Position numbers and translations under genes: made by a program
Shown: positions 27,987 to 38,136 of the stretch, piece by piece
Numbering within the stretch: position 1 is the stretch's first letter
Layout of the letters: every line of letters starts with the position of its first letter
Notes under the pieces: model-generated
Database searches by the model: none
What the model saw: the letters and a program-made list of their open reading frames with translations, nothing else
What the model was told of the DNA's origin: nothing
Virus record (IMG/VR): IMGVR_UViG_3300020042_009394
Location: 1-52,406 of that record
Direction: 5' to 3' (one strand)
From: a virus
Lineage: Duplodnaviria > Caudoviricetes
Length of the DNA: 52,406 nt

Positions 27987-28861
27987 TATTTGTTATTTAA
28001 AATCATTTCAATTCTTTCTTCTAATGTATATTTCGGCTTGTAAATTGAATTAAATAAAGATGGATCACAAACTCTATACGATACACCTATTGGTTTTCCT
28101 ATTAAATATTTTATTCCATTAGTAGGAGTATGACCACTTATTTCAAACATTGTTTTTGCTAAATCATTAAATGAAGTTGCAATACCACTTCCTAAATTTA
28201 ATGCATCAGTTTCAACATCATTATCAACTACAGTCATAACCGCTTCAACTATATCATCCATATGAATAAAGTCTCTAACTTGAGTACCATCTCCCCATAT
28301 TTCAAATTCATCGACTTTACGATTAATTCTATCTATAAAGGAAGGAAATGGATAAGTTAAATCTTGGTCGATACCATATCCACTAAACGGTCTAAATACA
28401 TAGACTTTAGTTCCACTTTGTCTTACAAATTTAGCTAAATATTCTCCTGTTAGCTTAGACCACCCATAAGTATAGTCAGGTAATCTTATATCATTTAAAT
28501 TAATATCACTTTCTTTTAACTGATATTTTAATTCAGGTAATTGTAAGTGAACTGGGTAAGCAGCGCTACTACTAAAGTATACTACTCGTTTTTGTTTTGT
28601 CTTAATTACCCAATTAAAGAACTCAGAATCAATTGATAAATCAGTTGCTACAGATAATGGTTCATTTTCAATAGTTTCTCTCCCACCAACAATAGCTGCT
28701 AAGTGAATAATTAAATCAAATACTTGATTTGACTGTTTGAAATAATCTCTACAATCATTTCCTTCTTTTAAATCTATTCCTAAAATTTCATGTTTACCAT
28801 TGAAATGTTTTAAAAATGATCTACCAACAAAACCTAAATGACCTGTTATTAATATTTTCAT
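27986..28861 (-). CDS. NAD-dependent epimerase/dehydratase
   Basis: ITGHLGFVG, HLAA, SSSAAY, YGWSK, GDGTQVRDFIH. Confidence 0.92.
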   Translation of the reverse strand: MKILITGHLGFVGRSFLKHFNGKHEILGIDLKEGNDCRDYFKQSNQVFDLIIHLAAIVGGRETIENEPLSVATDLSIDSEFFNWVIKTKQKRVVYFSSSAAYPVHLQLPELKYQLKESDINLNDIRLPDYTYGWSKLTGEYLAKFVRQSGTKVYVFRPFSGYGIDQDLTYPFPSFIDRINRKVDEFEIWGDGTQVRDFIHMDDIVEAVMTVVDNDVETDALNLGSGIATSFNDLAKTMFEISGHTPTNGIKYLIGKPIGVSYRVCDPSLFNSIYKPKYTLEERIEMILNNK

Positions 28862-29727
28862 TTTATAATATTTTTATATAGTTCAATATGTTGATTAGCT
28901 ACATATCTTGAATTGCACATTTCTTTAATATTATCTGGTAGGGTTGTTTCTATTTCTGTTAAATTTCCATTAACATCAATTAAATAAACATATCCTGGAA
29001 CATCGCAACACCATCCTTCTAAAGTAGTTCTTCCTAATAATATACCTGCTGTGAAGTCCATATGTTTTACAACATTTTCAGTATCCCATCTTGTATTAAT
29101 ATACTTTATGTTTGAGTGATTAAAATCATGTTTACTATTACTCATTAAGTATAAATCCCAATCATTTTCTATACAGCTGTCTACTAAATGAGAGACTGCT
29201 TTGAAACGAATTGGATCTAAAACTTCACCAACAAATATACCACTCGTTTTTTTATTTTTAATAACACCCTCTGAATTGAATCTGCTTTGATCAATTGGGT
29301 TGTAAATTAAAGATATTTTATTATTTGGTATTCCATATTCATTTATCAACATATCTGTAATAGGCTTCCTAATAGATATGTAGTGATATATATTTTCATC
29401 CAGTATAGGAGTTTCACTTCTAATTTCTGAATGTATTACACTAATAAGAGGAGTTCCTTTAAAATATTGAATTATGAAGGCATTTACTTGAGGTTGACTT
29501 GCTAATATGATATCAAATTTTTCATTTATATCAAGTGTTTTTGCGTCAATTTGTCTTATCCCTAATTCGTCTATTCTCTTTCTAACAGAATCGTTTTTAT
29601 CAATATCTCTTAATGAAAATAAGGTAACATTGTTACCTAATGAATGTAGTTCTCTAACCAATTCATAATGGTACATTTCACTTCCTCCGAAACCATTAAC
29701 ATTTAGACAACAGACTAATATTTTCAT
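28858..29727 (-). CDS. Glycosyltransferase, GT-B/GT4-like
   Basis: GGSEMY, IYNPID, GRTTLEG. Confidence 0.75.
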   Translation of the reverse strand: MKILVCCLNVNGFGGSEMYHYELVRELHSLGNNVTLFSLRDIDKNDSVRKRIDELGIRQIDAKTLDINEKFDIILASQPQVNAFIIQYFKGTPLISVIHSEIRSETPILDENIYHYISIRKPITDMLINEYGIPNNKISLIYNPIDQSRFNSEGVIKNKKTSGIFVGEVLDPIRFKAVSHLVDSCIENDWDLYLMSNSKHDFNHSNIKYINTRWDTENVVKHMDFTAGILLGRTTLEGWCCDVPGYVYLIDVNGNLTEIETTLPDNIKEMCNSRYVANQHIELYKNIIK

Positions 29728-30311
29728 TATTTCCCCTTTGCAATAATATATTGAAAGTAATCTTTATGATGTAATGTTACATCCCAACCAGATGCAATAA
29801 ACATTTCCTTATATGAATCACCATTAAATACCCATAAATGAAACGGAGCATGATATGAAGGAGTTTCATAATCAGGTGATGAGGCAATTATATATTTAAC
29901 TCCATTATCTAATAATCTTTTTATAAAAGCATCTGGGTCTACTAAATGTTCCAATACTTCTGTAGCAATTGCTATATCCGGAAATTCAATAGATTCATTT
30001 ACAAAGTCTAAATATTTTATATTTTCAGAGTTCCCTTTCTGTACAGCGTCTTCAATATTAGTAGGTTGTAAGTCATATCCCCAAATTTTATTAGGTAATT
30101 TACTTTCTATTTCTCTAATAAGACCTCCATTCCCACATCCAAAATCAGCAATAGTAGTCTCTGAATTATCCCCTACTATCTGAATTAGATATTCTAGAAC
30201 CTGCATTAATCTTGGTCTATGATTATCTTGATTTATATGATCTGCTAATTCTCTACTTTTATACCACTCAGCGTCATGTGAATGGGGTTGATCAAATGTT
30301 TTATATCTCAT
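29727..30311 (-). CDS. Class I SAM-dependent methyltransferase
   Basis: DFGCGNG motif I; EVLEHLVDP. Confidence 0.88.
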   Translation of the reverse strand: MRYKTFDQPHSHDAEWYKSRELADHINQDNHRPRLMQVLEYLIQIVGDNSETTIADFGCGNGGLIREIESKLPNKIWGYDLQPTNIEDAVQKGNSENIKYLDFVNESIEFPDIAIATEVLEHLVDPDAFIKRLLDNGVKYIIASSPDYETPSYHAPFHLWVFNGDSYKEMFIASGWDVTLHHKDYFQYIIAKGK

Positions 30312-31005
30312 ATAAACTTTTTACTTTATTAACATCGTTTGGAAAATCATTTCCGCTTCTATAAACAGCGTATGCTTGTTGATCTATATAAGCTACTGAA
30401 GCAGCATCCACATATTGTGAATCTCTTTCTGCTTTGCCATTATCTGGATGGACATGTTCAAATGTAACGTTATCAAAGTATTTTATTATGTTTAGGTTAT
30501 TTCCTAAATCCAACCAAAAATTATCAGCATACATATGAAGCAAACATTCAGGAACCATAAATCCTAATACATCTACTATATTTGAAGTTAAACAAACTGC
30601 AGTAGGTAATTTAGCACCTTGTAATAAGTCATTACCATAGGCAATACCTATACCGTTGTTGCTTTCAAAATAACTAATGAATTGTGATTCCCATTTAGTT
30701 CTAATAATATGATCATCTCCAAAGAAAGCAACATACTTGTATGAATCTTTATATTTCATAGCAATTTGATTCAATGTAGGAATCATTCTAATTCTAGGAT
30801 TTATCTCATATATAACTCCTTCTCTAACAGGATATTTGTGAGCATCATCATCATCTAAAGCTATACATAAATCACTAAATCCTTCAGTATTTGATTTCCA
30901 ATTTTCAATAAATCTATCTACATTTGGGTATCTTTCACTATCTCCACTTCTTGATGGAACTATAATTAATATATCTTTCATTTTAGTCTTGTTTAAAATA
31001 TTCAA
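30301..31005 (-). CDS. Glycosyltransferase, GT-A/GT2-like
   Basis: IIVPSR, DDDD, GDDH, YADN, EHVHP. Confidence 0.72.
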   Translation of the reverse strand: MNILNKTKMKDILIIVPSRSGDSERYPNVDRFIENWKSNTEGFSDLCIALDDDDAHKYPVREGVIYEINPRIRMIPTLNQIAMKYKDSYKYVAFFGDDHIIRTKWESQFISYFESNNGIGIAYGNDLLQGAKLPTAVCLTSNIVDVLGFMVPECLLHMYADNFWLDLGNNLNIIKYFDNVTFEHVHPDNGKAERDSQYVDAASVAYIDQQAYAVYRSGNDFPNDVNKVKSLYEI

Positions 31006-31414
31006 TGTAATTTAAAGCTTCCATATATGTGCTTCCAAAATGCTGGATGGTTTTCATATCAGCTTTGTGAGTAGCGCCTTCAGGGAATTTTGATTTTTCT
31101 TCTTCAGTAACTGGTGTTGCTTTAATACCGGCCCACTGCCAAACATTATCTACTAAATCAACGAAAACCATTCCCTTGGTTGGGTGGTTGATTGTTGAAG
31201 GATACCAGTAATATCCGTTTTTATCTAATTTTTTAACGGCTCTATATAATTCAGGTAATACAGATTCTGTTTGTTCTAAATTAATTTTCTCAATATGTTG
31301 ATCTGAATTTGATGCAAACCCACAACCAAAACAATGCCATAGTTTCTTTTGTTCTTGTTCTACTTCATAGCAGAAATCTGATTCACATGCGGGACATGTT
31401 ATTAATTTATCCAT
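30983..31414 (-). CDS. Zinc-ribbon protein
   Basis: CPAC...CFGCG. Confidence 0.65.
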   Translation of the reverse strand: MDKLITCPACESDFCYEVEQEQKKLWHCFGCGFASNSDQHIEKINLEQTESVLPELYRAVKKLDKNGYYWYPSTINHPTKGMVFVDLVDNVWQWAGIKATPVTEEEKSKFPEGATHKADMKTIQHFGSTYMEALNYIEYFKQD

Positions 31415-31700
31415 TATTTTTTAATTTACTTGTTGTTGTTGTAACCCAATTACCACCTAAATCTTCTGCGTTGTAATGAAGGCCTTCGTTTCCATTCTGT
31501 CCTATAATATCCATTCTACGTTCTGCTTCTTCTTCAATCCAACTTTCTTGGTCATGACCTGAGCAAGGGGGTGTTTTTAAGATATCATTAACCTCTGCCA
31601 ATTTATCTTTTAATGTATCCCATTGTTTAGGTGATATATTATATTCATGTACTCCTTGAGTAAATCCTTGTAACCAAATTATAAATTCTTTACTTGTCAT
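31407..31700 (-). CDS. Hypothetical protein
   Basis: ORF track. Confidence 0.6.
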   Translation of the reverse strand: MTSKEFIIWLQGFTQGVHEYNISPKQWDTLKDKLAEVNDILKTPPCSGHDQESWIEEEAERRMDIIGQNGNEGLHYNAEDLGGNWVTTTTSKLKNNG

Positions 31701-32994
31701 TTTCAGCTTTATTTAAGGTTGGTAATGTTGTTTTACTTAGTTTAGGTAGTGGTATTTCTTTAGTAAAATTAGCATCTAATATTTCAACTAATTTTTCACC
31801 CATTTTTTCTAAACTAAAGTCATTTCGACAAATATACGACTGTCTTTTTGCTTTTTCAACAAATTCATCATAATCTGCATAAACTACTTTTAATGCTAAT
31901 GAGGCTTGGTTATAATCGGGGGTGAACCATTTTGATTCTGCTATTAGCATATTTTCTACTACAGCACTCTTATCTATTGGCTTTATTTCACCACCTACAA
32001 ACACACTAAAATCTTTACTTAAGAAATCAGTATGTCCACTCCATCCACTAACTACAATTGGTTTTTGTGCCTGAGTAAATTCAATTAATGGTCTTCCATA
32101 TCCTTCACCTTTAGTTAAGCTTAACATTGCTTTTACTTTAGAATGATTATATAAACCATTCATTTCATCATCTGTTAATTCACCATGGAGTAAATAAATG
32201 TTAGGTAAATCACCGTCAACCATTGATTTAACTTCTTCTATTTTAGCAACCATTTGGTCTCTATCCATAATTGAATAACTACCACCATTTACTTTTAAAA
32301 TAAGTCCCGGTTTTACTTTTCTATTTTTAAAGGTTTCAAGAAACGCTTTAATAGTTCCACCCATATTTTTTCTATCTTCTCCAAAACTACCTTGTAACCA
32401 ATGGCCAACAACTAAAAAATTAAAATGTTCAGGAATACTCTTTAATATATCGTCTAAAGTTTCATCAATTTGATTTGTTTTTTTATAAATCTGAGTATCA
32501 ACCCCCTCAAACAATACTTCCACTGGAATTGTTGTTTCAATTATTCCAACAACTTCTTCAGGATTATCTTTTTTACGTTGTTCGTATTTTGAATTTAGAA
32601 ATACATTTTTAGAATGGTTACATGAAGTTAATACTAAATCCATTCTATTACATCCTTCAATCCAAGTAGTAGCACATAAATCTGTTTCAATACCAGCAGT
32701 AATACCAATATTGTATTTACCTACTTTTTGAAACTCATTAGGTACTGTAATTTGGATCCAAATATCAGGAGCATTTTCTAATTTATTATTGCTTGGTTGA
32801 ATACAATCAATAATTTTTTTATGATCAGGAATTAATGGATTTAAAAACCCAAATGGAGTACTACCCCATCTTTGTGATAGAATTTTAACTTCATATTTTT
32901 CTGAATTGATAAGTGCTTTAACTACATCTCTTGCTCTTGCTCCATATCCACTAAATGTGTCTATTGGGCAACTAATTGCTATAACTGGTTTCAT
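31690..32994 (-). CDS. Glycosyltransferase family 4-like
   Basis: SGYG, RKN, KGEGYGRPLIE, WSGHTDF. Confidence 0.85.
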   Translation of the reverse strand: MKPVIAISCPIDTFSGYGARARDVVKALINSEKYEVKILSQRWGSTPFGFLNPLIPDHKKIIDCIQPSNNKLENAPDIWIQITVPNEFQKVGKYNIGITAGIETDLCATTWIEGCNRMDLVLTSCNHSKNVFLNSKYEQRKKDNPEEVVGIIETTIPVEVLFEGVDTQIYKKTNQIDETLDDILKSIPEHFNFLVVGHWLQGSFGEDRKNMGGTIKAFLETFKNRKVKPGLILKVNGGSYSIMDRDQMVAKIEEVKSMVDGDLPNIYLLHGELTDDEMNGLYNHSKVKAMLSLTKGEGYGRPLIEFTQAQKPIVVSGWSGHTDFLSKDFSVFVGGEIKPIDKSAVVENMLIAESKWFTPDYNQASLALKVVYADYDEFVEKAKRQSYICRNDFSLEKMGEKLVEILDANFTKEIPLPKLSKTTLPTLNKAENDK

Positions 32995-32996
32995 AA

Positions 32997-34451
32997 CTAT
33001 TCTGCTATTAAATAAGGATTATAATGTTGTGGTTGATCAGGGGTTTCAATAGGAATTAATTCATATGCGTATCTTGGAGTCCATTTTTTAAATGTTTCTT
33101 CAATACCATCTATAACATTCTTAGACATCCATCTAGCTGACATCATTGATTCATCCGATGTTACCCATTTATAAGCTGCTTGACCTCTTTCTTTAAAGTT
33201 TTGGGGTGTTATTGTTTTAAGACCATATACTACTGAAATTTGTTCAGCAATATGAGCTGGCTCAGCCCTATCATCAAATATATAAGGTGTTGGTTGAGAA
33301 CCTACTAAACTTAAATTATTTGGGAATACTGGAAAAGCCCACTCACCACAGTTTTTATATTTACCTCTATGGTTTGAACCAAATTTTTCAGTGAATTTAA
33401 TCCACTCACCCTTTTCATCTTCAAAACGCATTTGGTCTTGCATCCCACCTGTTACTGTAGCGATAATTGGTTTACCACACATCATAGATTCAGTCAAACT
33501 CAAACCCCACCCTTCATTACTACTAGGTAATATAGTTGCATCACAAGCATTATAAAGTAAATTCATTACTTGTGTTGCTTGTTTACCTTGAGAGAAGATA
33601 ATATTTCCACCTTCTTTTCCAAATATCATATCTCGTACTGCTTCTAAATCAGTACCATGCTCATCTTTTACTTGAGTATGCATTACCAAACAAGTTTTAC
33701 TTGCTTGTTCTTTAGATAATTGAGAACGAAATTTATTCCATGCTAACATTAAATCAGGTACTGATTTACGTCTTATATTTCTAGCATTATATAGTAATGT
33801 AAAATCATATTTTTTATCACCAAACAATTGTTTTTTAAACTCTTGTAAAGCTAAATATTCAGGTTTATCTTCAGTGATAGGAAAGAAAATATTTTCATTT
33901 ATTCCATGGGGGATATATTTAATTACTTTTTCTTCAGCTACCTCTCCTAATACAACCCTATTAATGTTTTCTGTTTGTTTGCTGATTGCAAATAAAGCAT
34001 CACATGACTCATAGTATGGTTTATTATACATTGGGTATGGAATACTATCCCAAATATTTAAATAGATAAGAGGTAATTGTTTTCTTAACTCATGTTCATT
34101 TTGGAATAACCAAATCCAATAACGAGGATCTGTAAAGATCATCATTGCATCTGGTTTTTCAGTCTTGATTATTTGGCGTACAAAGTCTATAGTACCATAT
34201 CCTTTTACAGGATAAATAAATACATTAGAATCTTCAATACCAGCATGTTCATTAGTACTAGCACAGATGTCTAATTTTTTACCCTCTTCAGGATGATTAA
34301 TCCCCCCACCTAAATTGATCCAATTAAAATAATGAGCGGTACCCACTACTATTTCTCTAGCCATAGTGGATATACCGCTCGTCATTCTAATATCATCACA
34401 AAGTAATAGGATTTTCTTTCTATTCTCTTGTTTAATATAACCTTCTTTCAT
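32997..34451 (-). CDS. Glycosyltransferase family 4-like
   Basis: RNIRRK, SNEGWGLSLTESMMCGKPIIAT. Confidence 0.88.
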   Translation of the reverse strand: MKEGYIKQENRKKILLLCDDIRMTSGISTMAREIVVGTAHYFNWINLGGGINHPEEGKKLDICASTNEHAGIEDSNVFIYPVKGYGTIDFVRQIIKTEKPDAMMIFTDPRYWIWLFQNEHELRKQLPLIYLNIWDSIPYPMYNKPYYESCDALFAISKQTENINRVVLGEVAEEKVIKYIPHGINENIFFPITEDKPEYLALQEFKKQLFGDKKYDFTLLYNARNIRRKSVPDLMLAWNKFRSQLSKEQASKTCLVMHTQVKDEHGTDLEAVRDMIFGKEGGNIIFSQGKQATQVMNLLYNACDATILPSSNEGWGLSLTESMMCGKPIIATVTGGMQDQMRFEDEKGEWIKFTEKFGSNHRGKYKNCGEWAFPVFPNNLSLVGSQPTPYIFDDRAEPAHIAEQISVVYGLKTITPQNFKERGQAAYKWVTSDESMMSARWMSKNVIDGIEETFKKWTPRYAYELIPIETPDQPQHYNPYLIAE

Positions 34452-34458
34452 AACGTAG

Positions 34459-34653
34459 TTAGTCTTCTTTTTTCAGTTGTGTATTTAATTGGTTTTGTAC
34501 CGTTTTACGGAATTCTTCATCAGTTAAATATAAATACATTGCACGCTCTGTTAATTTTTGAATGCTGAATTTATGTTTAACGCAGGCTACTTTGAATTCT
34601 TCAAATAACGATTCAGGCACCTTTACACTTGTTAATTGCATTTTTTCTGCCAT
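34459..34653 (-). CDS. Ribbon-helix-helix DNA-binding protein
   Basis: LTSVKV strand followed by two helices. Confidence 0.6.
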   Translation of the reverse strand: MAEKMQLTSVKVPESLFEEFKVACVKHKFSIQKLTERAMYLYLTDEEFRKTVQNQLNTQLKKED

Positions 34654-34695
34654 AGTTTATAGTTTTTATATATTCGGATATAAATATATAAACTT

Positions 34696-35637
34696 TTAAG
34701 AAGCTGCAACTTTGTCGCAAAGTTCTGGTTTATCGTTGTAAGGGCACCATTTGCATGCACTTTCTCCTACATTTTTAAGATACGATTTTATTTGGGGTTT
34801 ACCAAATTCATCAAAACAATCTTTAAGAAAATTACTAAAATTGTCTGTTGCTTGTTTTCGTTTTATTTTACCACTTGCTGGTTTAAATGATTGGACTCTT
34901 GGGGTTGGGTATTCTGATTGTTCCCATATTTTTCGTTTGACAATGAAGTATTCGACTTCAATTTTCTCAATATCGACCCCAAATTGTTTTGAAAAGTACT
35001 CCTTGTATAATAACACTTGAGCAATTTTACTATCGTCTTTTTTTTCTTTATCTCCCCATCCTCGTGTTGATGTTTTAATATCATATATATAAATTTTATC
35101 TAAATCTTCATCATACAATACAAAGTCAATAAATCCTTTTAAAAATACATTATTAGCAACATTTGTTAATATTGGTATTTCAATGCCTAATAATTTTACT
35201 CGACGAATACTAAATAATATATTTCTATTTTTCTTAATCCACTTCATTATAGCAACAGCATCCTCATAAAATTCTCCCATTTCTTGAGGTGTAGTAAAAT
35301 GAGATCCCATTTTCTTATATTCCTTAGAATATACTTCTGAGAAGTTGGATTGAAATAATTCTTCTAGATCCATTCTATCAGCTGCTGCTCCACTTACATT
35401 ATACATTGTTTCAAGATATGATTGTATAGTTTCGTGAAATGCGGTTCCAAATACAGTATGTATACTGGCTTGGTATGGTTGTTTATTTTCTACGTAAGTT
35501 AAATACCACTTATAAGGACATGAAGCCCACATAGTGTATTGAGAATAAGATACAGTTTTTTGGAATGCAAGATTAACCTCAGGTTTTTGGTGGTTCTTTA
35601 TCTTAAGTTCAACCTCAGATAGTTTCTTTTTTCCCAC
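34696..35637 (-). CDS. PD-(D/E)XK Cas4/RecB-like exonuclease
   Basis: SYSQ..CP, GTAFH, GFID..DIKT, Q..Y and C-terminal CKWCP..C (Fe-S type). Confidence 0.85.
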   Translation of the reverse strand: MGKKKLSEVELKIKNHQKPEVNLAFQKTVSYSQYTMWASCPYKWYLTYVENKQPYQASIHTVFGTAFHETIQSYLETMYNVSGAAADRMDLEELFQSNFSEVYSKEYKKMGSHFTTPQEMGEFYEDAVAIMKWIKKNRNILFSIRRVKLLGIEIPILTNVANNVFLKGFIDFVLYDEDLDKIYIYDIKTSTRGWGDKEKKDDSKIAQVLLYKEYFSKQFGVDIEKIEVEYFIVKRKIWEQSEYPTPRVQSFKPASGKIKRKQATDNFSNFLKDCFDEFGKPQIKSYLKNVGESACKWCPYNDKPELCDKVAAS

Positions 35638-35890
35638 TAATTTCTTGTTTAATTTTTTCTAAATACAAGATTGCATCCATATGCTCTTGTTTAGCATGTT
35701 CAATCCACTCAAGTAATGATAAATCAGTACGATCAAGATCAACACCATATTTTTTCTTACCCATAAGAGCCCTTGCTGTAAATTGATCAAGAATTGAACT
35801 TACAACTGAATCTAATTCATGTAATATACCATCATCGTCTTCAACACAATAGTTTCCGGTAAATGGTTGATGTTGTTCTTTATTTTCCAT
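35615..35890 (-). CDS. MazG-like/all-alpha NTP pyrophosphohydrolase-like protein
   Basis: GKKKYG..LDR..WIEHAKQEHMDAILYLEK. Confidence 0.55.
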   Translation of the reverse strand: MENKEQHQPFTGNYCVEDDDGILHELDSVVSSILDQFTARALMGKKKYGVDLDRTDLSLLEWIEHAKQEHMDAILYLEKIKQEISGKKETI

Positions 35891-36254
35891 TGATTTGTGA
35901 TATTATATTGTTTAATTCGTCTTTAGGAAGCATTGAAATATACTCTTTAGCTTCTTTCTTACTTACCTCGAAATACAATGATACGGCCTCTACGTCACCA
36001 GCATCAAATTCAATTTTATTTTTAGCTTTAATATATTTTAGATACTTGTATTGTTTAGGTATAAGATCCTTGTATAAATTATATAGATACTCACCCTTCA
36101 TTTGCCAAGTATTCTTTTGAACAACATTAACTACCTCACAATAATCAGGATCCATACTGAGAAAACGATTAATCATCCAGTTATTCCATCCTTCGTCACC
36201 TAGATAAGCGCCTTTATTAGTTGTGATATTCTTAATATGATCAAATATATTCAT
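35880..36254 (-). CDS. Clamp-loader small subunit (T4 gp62-like)
   Basis: WMINRFLSM..VN, VSLYFEVSKKEAKEYISML pattern. Confidence 0.65.
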   Translation of the reverse strand: MNIFDHIKNITTNKGAYLGDEGWNNWMINRFLSMDPDYCEVVNVVQKNTWQMKGEYLYNLYKDLIPKQYKYLKYIKAKNKIEFDAGDVEAVSLYFEVSKKEAKEYISMLPKDELNNIISQINGK

Positions 36255-37332
36255 TAGTATGTTTTATTATTCTGCAATACGTCATTTTTTAACTTATCCA
36301 TACGACTTGTAAAATGGCTATATTGAGATTTGATTTGTTTATCTAAATTATCATTAACTGCTCTTTGAAAGTTTTCTGATTGTTCAAATAAGGCTTTAAT
36401 ATCATAAGTTTGTTTATCTAACTCATTTATCTGGTTTTGGAGTTTATCCATTCTTTTAGTGCTATAGTATACTGTAACTGCATTGGCAATTGCTACTATA
36501 AGTAATGCTATTGATGTTAACATAATTAAAATTTAATAATTTTACCACCGCTTTCCTCTTCGGGTTCAGTAGTTTGTGATTGTGTTTGTTGTCTCATTTG
36601 CAATGGGAGGAATTCTTCATTCACACTTCCACAGCTCATACAGGCAAACACTTGAATAGGAATCAAAGCATCTTGTGCTGTTCCTGTTAATAATCGAGAT
36701 GCTTTTCTAAGCAATACTCCTTCTTGGAAAACTTGACTACCACACTTATCGCAAGATACTGGTGATGTCTTATCTAAACCAATGTTTAGGTTCATTTGTT
36801 GATCCATTATAATACTTGTTTTTTATTTGTTTTGGTTAAATTCTATTGGTTCAGCTTTTTTCAAAAATTCATTTACTAACAAATCAAGCCCCATTAATTT
36901 TAATGTTTCTTTTATTTGTTGTTCTGTATATATGTTTTCATTATCTGATATTTCAAATGCAAAAATAGAATTATCATAGTGTCCCCAATCTTTTGATTGT
37001 AAATTAATTTTAGTTACTTGTTTTTCTGTATATAGTTTCATATATTAATTAGTTTTTGGAGTCCATACACCAGTTGTTGTTACTTGGCTTTTAATAGGGT
37101 CTACTTTTATACTATTTACCCAATTATAGTTATCATTAAAGTATTCTTCTCTGCTATAATGGGGTAGAATAGGGTGATTTATGGGTGTATCTTGACCATC
37201 TGAAAAGGCTTTTTGTATCTGCTCTTTTTCTTTTTCAAGTAAATCAGTAGCCATTCTTAATACCAAAGGTGACATAGGATAAGCCTCAATTAGTTTAAGC
37301 TCATCAATTAATTCTTGCATTGCGGTTTTCAT
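36254..37332 (-). CDS. Four hypothetical proteins (36254-36523 TM plus coiled coil; 36526-36807 Zn finger; 36823-37041; 37045-37332)
   Basis: ORF track; CDKC/CMSC in 36526-36807; last start reassigned to MKTAMQEL. Confidence 0.6.
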
Positions 37333-37949
37333 AGCTCTTGTATTATGTCGTAATAAAATGAATTGGTATCCTCTGCCACCCATCGGTCCGATTGGTTTTC
37401 TACAGAAGGAAGGTCGGTGTCTACCTTGAACTGCTTCAGGTCCTCGGGCAATTGTTTTGTTACCCAGTTAGAATCCTTCCAGAATATTCTGTTGTTCGGC
37501 ATACATAACAAGTAGCCGTCATCCGATTCTAACACGTGGCCGCACTTGTAGTCCGAAGGCTCATCGCTGTATGGATTGTTGTACCAGTCAACGGTGAATA
37601 TATAAGTAGCCCATACCTTAGTGCCATCTCTCAACACAACCTGGCCCCTGTGAAACGCAAGGAAGTCGTACTCAACTACGGATACATTCTCACTAAAGCA
37701 ATCCCATAGCTGCTTGTAGTTAAAGGGTATATCATTTGTCGGAACATGAGTATATATCTCAGACAATGGCACCCTGCTTCTAAGCATGCCAGAGTCTGTC
37801 ATCACATGGAACGTAAGTATCTTACCACCGCATGACTGGATCCCGAATACATATACATTGTAGTACTCACTATCGTCACCAGGATCCTTGGTGAAATATG
37901 ATTTCTTTACTAGTGCCTTGAAGCTAGGTATACTTGAATTTAATTTCAT
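37329..37949 (-). CDS. Hypothetical phage protein, first gene of the higher-GC segment
   Basis: 206-aa ORF with QLWDCFS, YIFTVDW, HVLE and PNNRI motifs. Confidence 0.7.
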   Translation of the reverse strand: MKLNSSIPSFKALVKKSYFTKDPGDDSEYYNVYVFGIQSCGGKILTFHVMTDSGMLRSRVPLSEIYTHVPTNDIPFNYKQLWDCFSENVSVVEYDFLAFHRGQVVLRDGTKVWATYIFTVDWYNNPYSDEPSDYKCGHVLESDDGYLLCMPNNRIFWKDSNWVTKQLPEDLKQFKVDTDLPSVENQSDRWVAEDTNSFYYDIIQEL

Positions 37950-38136
37950 GGGTTATTTGTTTCGTCTTGCTCTAACTTACTCTTGTCTATAAAATAAACC
38001 CACACGATAGCTATCGGTGTAGCTACTGCACAGGATATTAAAAAAGGTATTAGGTCCATATCAGTCTTTTGTTTGCTTGTAAATAGATACGCAACCTATT
38101 ACGGTTACTATACCTACGAGAAGTATTAATACCATC

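Noticed and set aside
34696-35637. Cas4-like gene as a sign of a CRISPR-Cas system
   Set aside because: No cas1/cas2 or array nearby; solo Cas4-like nucleases are common in phage replication regions.
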